Below, in pieces: positions 53,863-64,000 of a stretch of DNA of 64,000 nt. The notes beneath the pieces were generated by a model that saw only the letters and a program-made list of their open reading frames with translations, made no database searches and was not told where the DNA came from. Positions within the stretch are counted from its first letter, which is position 1. The number at the start of each line of letters is the position of its first letter. A program made the position numbers and the translations under genes. Location of the stretch: the NCBI GenBank assembly GCA_964016885.1, contig OZ024743.1:157976001-158040000 (forward strand), written 5' to 3'. This stretch comes from Eledone cirrhosa (taxonomy: Eukaryota).

Positions 53863-54036
53863 CTTAAATAAACAAGATCTTTTTGCTAATGGCTTCAGGA
53901 GTTCTGGAATGCCTGTCTCCATAGCAACTCTTTCACTATCTTCAGTTTGTTTTTCCTGTTCATGATGATCAGGATAGTTGCAGTGATACTCTTGCCCATA
54001 TTTTGACTTGAGATGAACTGACGTTGGTAAAGTTTC
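53863..54036 (-). CDS. OS9: OS-9 coding exon (first one seen in window, probably exon 2), 174 bp, phase 0-0
   Basis: ttgaag acceptor, ETLPTSVHLKSKYGQEYHCNYP...GIPELLKPLAKRSCLFK, gtaagt donor. Resembles vertebrate OS9 SKYKQRYEC...GIPELLSPMRDAPCLLK (recalled). Confidence 0.9.
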
Positions 54037-55261
54037 CTTCAATGCAATAGAAAAGTAAATCAATCAAAAATCATTAAAATAATTTAGTTTAGGATACATA
54101 AAATAAGATTTAAGAACAGTCTAAGGTTCATATTAGATAAACCATTGAACATATTTTAGAAAAAAAAAAATCACCTTAAAATAACTTCTTCTTCACTTCA
54201 TTCCTGAGAGGGTCATGGGGTCAGAGGCCTCAAACACTCCTTCCAACAGGTCCTGTCAGAAGCAACCATTTCCAACTGGTCTGGCTGGATCCCCATGCAA
54301 AACCAGCCAAGCTCATGGATTTTATCCAACCATCTTGTTCAGGGTCAACCCCTGGGTCTCCTGCAGGATGGTTTACCTGTAAAATCTGTTCAGCAATTCT
54401 TTCCTCAGACATTCTAACCACATGCCCATAGTATCAGAGATGTGATCTCTCAATACGATGAAGTAGCAGCTCTACCTGAAGCAAGTCTCTGGTCTCCGAG
54501 CTATGCACTCTATCGAGTAACGTTACTCCAAAGACCCATTGGAGGCACCCCTTTTTCGGACGCGTGTATTCGCAATGTATTCTTTCAGTCATTACTCATG
54601 ACCAAAGGTAAGGGCTGGCCGTCACTCACTTGATGGAGAAAGGATGGAGAAGCGATGGGGCCATCACCGAGCGGTAGTTCATTTATTTTAAGATAACCAT
54701 ATGTTAAAATCTGGAATTTAAGGAAACTGGTGATGGTCTTTGTCAGCAATAATTAATCCATAAGAGAGTGCTTAGAGAATTTTGATATATTCAATTGCTT
54801 TGTGATGTAAAAACTCTATGGTTTTGAGACCTTGCCCTTCATCTGAGTGTGAGGAAGAGAAATAAACTGGTGCTGATGTTTTGGGCAAAGACATGCAAGA
54901 ACCCAAAATCCTCAATTATTCACACCTTACAGCATTTGAACTAATCAAATGACGAATAGGATTCATATAAGTGAAAGAAATTTAGGGAATAACTTGCTTT
55001 ACTGACAAGGAATGTATCCTCTAACACTCTCTCTTCCTCTCTCATCCACTATTCCCGCACAAAACATAAGTTGGATGACAGATACAGTCCATCCAAAAGG
55101 TTTCATTCATGCAGCACAGCCACAGATTAAGCTGGTAAGCTGTAAACAGAACAGGAAGCGGATGACAGTTTTCACACAAAGAATTTCATTGGTGGAGCCA
55201 ATATTAGCCAGTCAACCGTAACAGTGCAATCACCATGAGATTTTAAAGAAAGACAGTAATA

Positions 55262-55447
55262 TAATTGTTTCTACTTTAGGCACAAGGCCAGCAATTACCC
55301 AGTGCATTACTGGTACTTTATTTTATCGACCCCGTAAGGATGAAAGGCAAAGTCAACCTCGGCGGGATTTGAACTCAGATCGTAAAGGGACGTAACTATG
55401 CTGGAAAGCATGGCATCCGACTCTCTACCGATACTGCCAATCCACCG
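55262..55447 (-). mobile_element. SINE family 2, full length, 16-bp TSD
   Basis: aagacagtaatataat at 55250-55265 and 55448-55463. Confidence 0.9.
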
Positions 55448-55999
55448 AAGACAGTAATATAATGATATGATTATTGCTGAAATAAGATATTTGAAAAAGA
55501 AAATCTTACAGTTATCATGATTAGTTAGTTAAGCAGTGGTCTTGAATTGCCTGTAAGAGCTTAGAAACCTGGTATATTGATATGGAGAAACTACAGCCTT
55601 GTGTTATTTCAATCTATAATGAATCACACATGACTTCCAGCTGACTACAGCCAATCTAAATTTTCGGAATTTAGTACCTCAGGAACTTGCAACATATGTC
55701 AAATTGGTTGATCTGCTCTGTTTCCTAAGCTATTCAAGAGGCCTTCATATGGTATCACAGAATGGTTTTAGAGATGTTCTTTAATAGCACCTAAACATTT
55801 TGATTTGGTGAACCATCAGTTTAGGTCTTTGAAACAACAGAACCAGATTTATATTGTAAAAAATTGTGATTTAGTGAGCTGTCGGGTTAGGTCTTAAAAA
55901 CATCAGTACCTGATTTGAGAAGATGAAATAGCAACCACTTTATTAAGCAATCAGTAATATTGCCACTATGGTTTTACAAGATCTGTAAGAATATACAGC

Positions 56000-58014
56000 C
56001 ACTAAGAGAGAAGCTAGACGCCAGGTGTACTTAGCACGCAGGGAGGCAGAGAGTAGGAGGTTTGCCAATGTTCTGCGACGGGAAGCTCAGAGGCGTGCGG
56101 TGTTCCACATTGCAAGGCAGTGTGTCAATGCAAATCAGGATGTTGTTGGTGATAAATGTGTCCGGGATGATGCCGGTGTACTTAGTGTCACGAATGACCA
56201 GAAAAAGGAGGCCTGGAAATGTCATTATGAGAGACTGATGAATGTGGAGAACGAATGGGAGAGAGAAAAATTACCCTTGGTAGATCCGACAGAGGGACCA
56301 GCTATTGAGATTGACGAATATAGGGTCCAAGAGGCGATTAGGGAAATGAAGAATGGTAAGGCGGCCGGACCATCGGGAATAGTTGCTGAGATGCTGAAGG
56401 CATCAGGGGACGTAGGCACTAAACTGGTTGCACGCATAATCAATCAGGCTATATATGGTGGTGTCATACCCAAAGACTGGTGCAGCAGTATTCTCATAAA
56501 TTGCTACAAAGGTAAAGGGGATGCTTTGGAGAGGAGCAATTATAGGGGTATAAAACTGATAGATCAGGTTATGAAAGTGGCAGAAAGGATTTTAGCACAA
56601 CTAATTAGAGAAAGGGTCAAACTAGATGAGATGCAGTTTGGTTTTGTGCCTGGGAAGAGTACAACAGATGCCCTCTTCTTGGTGAGACAAATGCAAGAGA
56701 GGTTCTTAGAGAAGAATAAGCCACTATACTTAGCCTTTGTTGACCTAGAGAAGGCCTTTGATAGGGTACCCCGATCTGTCATCTGGTGGTCCCTAAGGAA
56801 GCTGGGTGTTGAGGAATGGCTTGTAAGGACAGTGCAAACTTTGTACAGAGGTACTCTCAGTAAAGTCAGGGTAGGAATGGAGTTTAGTGAGGAATTCCAG
56901 ATACAAGTAGGAGTACATCAGGGTTCGGTCCTCAGCCCGCTCTTGTTCATTATAGTCCTCCAAGCCATAACAGAGGAGTTTAAGACTGGCTGTCCATGGG
57001 AACTTCTCTATGCTGACGATCTGGCTCTTATGGCAGAATCAGTAGAGGAGCTAGAGAATAAATTCCGGCTATGGAAACAGCAGTTGGAAGCAAGAGGACT
57101 GAGAGTAAATCTAGCTAAGACAAAAGTGTTGATGAGTAGAAAAGAGGACAAAACCCTGATTCCGTCAGGGAAATGGCCATGTTCAATATGCAGAAAAGGA
57201 ACTGGCATAAATTCTATAAAATGCACACAATGTAGGTCCTGGGTACACAAGAGATGTAGCGGGATAGCAGGCAAACTAACAGGTAGGGAGAAATATGTAT
57301 GCAGTAGATGTACAGGGAAATTAGACAGTAGAAGTCGCACTGATAGACACATTTTTCAAATGCGAGAGGGCGCTATAGAAGTGGTGGATAGCTTCCGGTA
57401 CCTAGGAGATCAGATTAGCATGGGAGGAGGGTGTTCCGAGGCCATAGTATCTAGAATAAGGATGGGTTGGAAGAAGTTTAGGGAGCTGCTTCCTCTGTTG
57501 ACGAAGAAGGGTTTCTCCCTGCGTACGAAAGGCCGGTTGTATGATGCCTGTGTGAGGAGCGCGATGCTGCATGGTAGTGAGACATGGGCAGCTACCGCAG
57601 AAGATATGCGACGGCTGGAGAGAAATGAGGCAAGCATGCTCCGTTGGATGTGCAGTGTAAATGTGCGTGAACGACCCAGCATAAATGTGTTGAGAGAGAA
57701 ACTGTGTCTGAGAGGGATAGAATGTAGTGTACGGGAGAGGAGACTGAGGTGGTATGGACATGTGATGCGCATGGAGGATGACCGATGGGTGAAGAAGTGC
57801 CAGAAAATGCCAGTTGAAGGAAGACGTGGTAGAGGTAGACCACGAAAAACATGGGCGGAGGTGGTGAGAACAGACCTCAGATCATTGAAGCTCACGGTGG
57901 AGATGACGAGGGACCGTGACGAGTGGAGAGATGCTGTGCTGAATAAGACCCGTCCCACCCTTGCAAGCAGGGAAGAGCGGACGTAAAATGATGATGATGA
58001 TGATGATGATGATG
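56000..58014 (+). mobile_element. Young 5'-truncated RTE LINE with an uninterrupted 653-codon RT frame
   Basis: NYRGIKL, FVDLEKAFDRV, GVHQGSVLSPLLF, LYADD, Cys/His-rich insert and (GAT)n tail. No endonuclease domain. Confidence 0.95.
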
Positions 58015-59282
58015 TTAACCTTGTATGTCGACTTGGTGATTATAATGTTTTCCCTCATTTGCATTAAGATATTAACAGTGAAATTAATAAATGGGAGAGA
58101 AGCATTCTTTCTACAGGGAAGGAGAGCACCCAGTGAAACATCCACACCGAACAGTTTACAAAAGATCAATTCATTGGAGTTATCGTTAGTGTGTGGCAAC
58201 CGACACTAATATATCTCTATGATTTTTATAACATCCACATCAACCAATACCATGACACCTATACACGGTGTAATGCATCAAGGCAATTGCTAATGATGGA
58301 GCTTATAATTCCATAGAAGAACACAGAAACAGCATGCAATACAAATCTGTATGAGCTGCCAGCATGATGAAAGTTTAGTCATGTCCCATGTTCTTAGTTG
58401 AGGTTGGGTGCTTTAGCTTCCTAAGGCATTCATCATCATCATCTTCAAAGCAAATATGACTGATATTTGCTTGTGAAATCTCTTGCAATGTATTTTAACT
58501 ATTACTCAACAATCTTTGAGCTGGAAACAAAATTCTTATATACTCAGTAAAACAGCTAAATAAAATAATACAAGAGCCAGGTAAATAAGAGAAACTCACA
58601 ATATTTCTTCAAATATGTATACTGACTAATAAAAAAAAAGCTCATAAGCCTGGATTGCTATTGAGAAATAGCTATCAACATCTACAGAACTACTGAAACC
58701 TTAAAACAACATACAGGTGATGTAAGTGAAGCATTAAAACATGTCCAAGTCACCAAAAATGATTACCTCACTTACATGCCAACAAGGGATTCCTAATACA
58801 AGAAAATGATGGGGTATGTACCTCTTGCAACATGTTTTTACTACTAATTACCAAAGCCAGAAAGCTCCATGCTTTTGGCAAAGAACTGAGCCTACCAACT
58901 TTCACTGAGGCTCTACATACCATGTTATACAAGCCACTAACTGTCATAAATCAATCATCAAGGATATGGAAAACATGTTATTTTGGGGGGTACTGCTCAA
59001 TTTTCTTTACAACTGGATGAATGAACTCCACCAGGGATTGAAGCTTTACTGTTAACTTACATTTGCTGTGTAAAAGAAGAGAAACTAACTCAAGAGTTAT
59101 TTGCTAGATATTTGGTAACAGAAAAGAGAGTTGATACCTCTTTTGGGGGAAGTTTCTTTTTTTTTCTGTTTTGTTTTGTGGGTTTTTAAGGAGACTCCTG
59201 TTTCAAATATAATAACATATTGATGTAAACCTATTCCAGTACTGATGTAAACCTATTTTACCAGTGATGTAAACCTATTCCA

Positions 59283-59792
59283 GTCACAGGAAGGACCCAT
59301 AGAAGTGGTTGATAGCTCCTGCTATCTAGGCGACTTAATTACCAATGGAAAAGGGTGCTCTGAGAGCATAATAGCTAGAATAAGGACAGAATGAAAAAGG
59401 TTTAGAGAGCTACTCCCACTGTTGACTACAAAAGGTTTCTCCTTACATACAAAAGGACAACTGTATGATGCCTGTGTGCAGAGCTTGGACAAGTTGAAGG
59501 AGAAGCTGGGTTTAAGAAGAATCCAAGGGGTGTGCAGGAGAGAAGACTGCATTGGTATGGACATGTGATGCGCATGGATGATGATCGCTGGGCGAAGAAG
59601 TGCCAGGAAATCCCAGTGGAAGGAAGCCGCAGTAGAGGAAGACAAAGAACGACCTGGGCAGAAGTTGAGAGAGCTGACCTCAAATCGCTAAGAAGATGAT
59701 GAAGGAATGCAACAAGTGGAGAGGAGCTATGCTGAGAAGGACCTGTTCAACCCATGCATGCATGGAAAAATGGACATAAAAATGATGATGAC
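59283..59792 (+). mobile_element. Decayed RTE 3' fragment
   Basis: Similar to 57365-58000, with an internal deletion. Confidence 0.85.
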
Positions 59793-59799
59793 TGATGTA

Positions 59800-60300
59800 G
59801 TTTCATCAATGACAGGCAACCTCATTGGATTCATTACATACTGGAAAAGTCAGTGTTGCTTGGATGGTAGTGCATTTCATGATTCATCAAAAATATTCAT
59901 CACCACCTGCATCACTCATTGCTTTCAATAACTTTGATCTGAAGGAAGAGTGGAATGAGTCCAAATTTGCCATCCAAGACTTCATCCAGGACCCCACATC
60001 TAAACCAGCCGGCTTTGACTTTCCTAAAAAGCAATGGGTCTCCCTTAATTGGATTTGCACAACACATACCAGGACAGACCATCATCTCCATCAATAGAAA
60101 ATGAAAGACAACACAGCATGTGACTGTTGGGACCTTGACCAGATAGCCAGATAGTGCTGCATGTTGTTTGGAATTGCCGCTTCAGACGTTTTCCCGTTGG
60201 CCTTGAGGCAATCCATAATACTACAAATGATGCTTTAGTCTGGCTCAATAATCTCGATCTGCCTCTCTAACTATTGTAGATATGTCATACAACAACAAGA
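59800..60300 (+). mobile_element. 3' end of another LINE (C-terminal Cys/His knuckle), clade uncertain
   Basis: KQWVSLNWICT...CDC...H..W.C pattern, with a (CAA)n tail. Confidence 0.5.
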
Positions 60301-62954
60301 ATCACTCATTGCAATACATCATTACAGTAATTATGAAAATCAGAAACAATTAACTTTACAAGAGATGATTAAAACAAAGGCTTATCATATATGTATTTGA
60401 TTCAAAGTATATTCTGTTCAAATAAACATGAGTCATGTTTTGTTTATTTTTTATTTTAATTTGACAGAAAAATAAGCACAGGAATACATGACGATGTGAA
60501 ATGCATGTAAACAATATCTTATATTCTATGTGATCTCTCATTACAATGAAGTAGCAGCTCCTCCAGGAGTGACTCTCTGATCCCTGAGTTATGCACTTTA
60601 ATGAGTAACGTTACTCCAAAGACCCTTCGAAGGAATCCCATTTCGACCGCTTGTATTCGCAATCGTATACTTTGGGTCATTACCCAAGATTCATGACCAT
60701 AGGTATGGGTTGGCACAAAAACCGAATTGAATATAGCAATTTTGGCTTTTACACCTACCTCCCTTCTTCTGATTACTGAATGCTGAAGCTCAATGGCTTG
60801 AGAATGGAATTTGGTAGACAGCAGCTATTAATTGAGCAAATTCAAGACAATACCACAGACATATTTCAATCTTAATATGACTACAACAACAAAGCATACA
60901 ACTTTAGCATACTTATCAGCATAGTGATAAGAGAATGATTGTGTACACTGATTGACATAGAACTGTTTAAAGAAAGGATCTCTAGCAATGTTTTCCCAAA
61001 GTGGGTTCTGTGAAAAAACTCTCTGGTTCTACAAGATAGTATGTTGTTTAATAAAATTTAATTAAAAAAACATTATAAAATATTTTTGTATGAAAACATT
61101 TATTCTATACCAAACTGTAATATCACTTAATGTCTTATTAAAATTAACATGGTGGGTATTGCTTGTATTATGGACATGGTAACAAGCTGTGACCTACTCC
61201 AATCTTATTTATCGAGCAAGGCTTCTTTCCATATGGCACTGGGATTTTGTGCTCTCTCTCACACACACACCCACACACACTTTCTTTTTATTCCTTTATG
61301 CCCCTAGGTTTCTCTCTTTACCACTACATGACTTCTTAATCTCTCCTACTAATAACTAGTGTTTTGGTTTTTCTTATGTAAATCTTAAAGCAGAACCATT
61401 GAAATTCAACTGTACTGTTGCCATTGTGAAAAACACTGACATATTATTTGTTATTATCACAACTGCAATGCACTGTAAATAACAAGTTGACATGTAAGAC
61501 AGACGTCAAACAATGACAATTTATTTATCTAATAAGAAACCTACACATAATATTTATCATTGATTCAAATCCTTTCAAATAAATTGTTTAGCATTAATAA
61601 TCTTTGCACTATATCTGTGTCTTGTCTCAGGTCACTGTATATGAGCTGACAAACATATCATATTACATCTAACATACATGCATATCATCATCACTTAACG
61701 TGTTTTCTTTACAAAACAAACTATTGAGAATTCTTTTTGCTTTTTTTTTTGTTTGTTACAAATGCAAGTGTGTTAGACACATCTGTATAAATTTACAGCA
61801 TCTACAGTCAACATTAAGTATAGGCATTGCTGTGTGGTTGAGAGTTTTACTTTGGAACAGCATCTTGTGAGTAAATTTGGTAGAAAGAAACTGTAAGGAA
61901 CCCTGTCATATGTGTGTTTATGTGTATCAATTACTAAGATTGTCTTCATATTGACATTGTTTAAAAAGTAGCAAGTGGTACACTTGTTTATGTACTCCAG
62001 AAACAATATATTCTGCAGTTCTATGAATGTCAGCAGCAAATACTGTACTTGAAATAAAATATGGGTTGGCATCAGGAAAAGCATCTGGCTATAAAGAAAA
62101 CTGCATTTGTTTTTGTATCATTTAACCCATGCAATCATGGAAAAATGAACATAAAAGTAATGTTATGATATATACCATCATCATCGATTAACGTCCAATT
62201 CCAAGTTAAATGGGTCCCATATAGAGGCAAGTTGGGTTGGTGATCATGTCTTATTCATATAGGGATGTTTCTGGCTGGTTTTCTACGGCTGGATGCCCTT
62301 CCTAACACTACCCACATTGACAGTGTGTGCTGCATGCTTTTTGCCATGTCTTTTACACGTCCATTTTACAGTGTGGGCTGGATGCTTTTTGCCGTGTCTT
62401 TTACACATCCACTTTACAGTGTGGGCTGGGGGTGGGGCATACTGTACATATGCTTCAGCTTGTGCTCATGGGAAGTTGGGTCTTCTGTATTGCTGCGTAT
62501 CACCTGAGATCACGGTCATATGTCATCTCCTATATGTATGTTTCTGTACATATACATGGATGTGTGTCTGTGTGTGGATGTAGAGATATATGGATTGATA
62601 CACTTGTCTATCTATATTTGTGAATGAATCTAAATAATCTTATGTTCGTATGGCTAGGTGTATGTAGGGTTGTATATACATTCCCGTGAAAACTTGTGTC
62701 TGTGTATATGTATGTCTATATAGTTGTGTCTATGTGGGTGTGAGGTGTTTTTTATGTGTGTGAATTTATGGTTATGTATATGCCTATCTATGTCTGTAAA
62801 TCTGAGCACACTAGACAGAAATCTTATTTATGACCTCTGGGCAGGATATTTGGATGGTCAACCAGTATCGATGCAGTTCCATCCACTATTTTTATAACTC
62901 TTAAAGTGATCTCCCTATCTAACATTGTTTAGATGTATGTTATTCTTATTGTTA

Positions 62955-63293
62955 TGGATTGGCAGTATCGATAGAGAGTCGGACAACATTATTTGGGGCA
63001 TAGACATACGACCCTTTACGTTCTAAGATCAAATGCTTCCAAAGGTTAGGTTTTCTTTCATTCTTAACGGGTCAATAAAATAAAGTACCAGTCATGCACT
63101 GTGGTCAATTTAATCGACTTTCCCGTCCCCCAAAATTGCTGGCCATGTGCTTATATCAGAAACCATTTTTATTATTATTATTTGTTTACCCACGAGGTTG
63201 ACTTTGCCTTTCATCCTTACGGGGTCAATAAAATAAAGTACCAGTAATGCACTGGTTAATTGCTGGCCTTGTGCCTAAAGTAGAAACAATTAT
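62955..63293 (+). mobile_element. Two adjacent SINE family 2 copies
   Basis: Family motifs present. The second, truncated copy is flanked by tatttgtttaccca repeats. Confidence 0.8.
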
Positions 63294-63594
63294 TTGTTTA
63301 CCCACTGTTCCTAGTCTGTTATTCCCACCTCTCTTTCTTCATAACTAATTTATGCATTTTTGTATTTCTATTTCAAATTATAACAAATTATAACAAATTA
63401 TTGGAAGGATCCATGAACTCTTCAGGGGAATTATTCTTCAAAACTAAGAGGCTACATTGATCATAAAATTATATATACTGTTCCATTATTGAAGCAGCAT
63501 GTTGTCCAAAACGTGTTATTGAACTATTAAATGATCAAATCTCTCTTAATATATTAAGACTATGTATAATTTCATGGTCAATGTAGCCTCATCA

Positions 63595-64000
63595 TTTGAT
63601 AGAATTAGAGAAGAAATTTCAGACATGGAGGCACAACTTGGAAATAAAAGGCCTTAAAGTCAACCTGGCAAGGACCAAAATCCTAGTGAGCAGAAAATAA
63701 AACAGGGCTCTGATCCCCTCCAAGAAATGGACTGCTCGGTATCCAGGAAAGGAGTAGGCAGAAACTTAATCCAGTGTCCTAAATGCAAACTGTAGGTACA
63801 CAAGAGATGTAGTGGGAAAACAGGCAGGCTAGCAAAAACACAGACTTCATATGTGGACGTTGCACAGGGGTAGTAAGCAAAGACCCTCAGAGAGCTAGCT
63901 CCTTTAATTGCACAGAGAATCCCATATAAATAGTTGACAGCTTCTACTACCTGGGTAACCAAATCAGCAGCAGAGGTGGATGCGCAAAAAGTACAGCTGC
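63595..64000 (+). mobile_element. Decayed RTE RT fragment running off the window end
   Basis: GLKVNLARTKI, VHKRCSG, FYYLGNQI. Confidence 0.8.

Noticed and set aside
56031-57958. Antisense ORFs over the RTE element
   Set aside because: They are shadow frames of a GC-richer coding sequence, with no independent motifs.
59221-59280. Three tgatgtaaacctatt repeats with short spacers, as a CRISPR-like array
   Set aside because: The period is about 22 bp, the spacers are similar to each other, there are no cas genes and the context is eukaryotic. It is a minisatellite.
54037-64000. OS9 first (signal peptide) exon and promoter
   Set aside because: No convincing ATG-hydrophobic exon with a phase 0 donor was found. 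It probably lies outside the window.

Overview
This is AT-rich, microsatellite-dense animal DNA. The repeat families (RTE LINEs with (GAT)n tails, tRNA-derived SINEs, Penelope-like remnants) suggest a coleoid cephalopod such as Octopus, which is an inference. One host gene spans most of the window on the minus strand: an OS-9 ER lectin (ERAD, MRH domain) ortholog. I traced 14 GT-AG coding exons by hand from 54036 down to the stop at 8156, all phase-compatible. The signal-peptide exon was not found and probably lies beyond 64000. The introns hold RTE, CR1-like, Tx1-like, R4/Dong-like and Penelope-like retroelements, piggyBac, mariner and DD37D DNA transposon remnants, and two SINE families. The most notable observations are: (1) a ~2 kb tandem duplication giving two copies of a symmetric 153-bp OS9 exon that differ only by three non-synonymous changes; (2) a 110-bp palindrome downstream of the stop carrying a minimal hammerhead ribozyme motif on each strand; (3) a perfect 60-bp-arm intronic hairpin; (4) inverted SINE pairs bracketing in-frame-skippable exons; (5) a chimeric SINE built from two different RTE 3' ends. 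I see no evidence for a new multi-gene system. Transposon boundaries are approximate.
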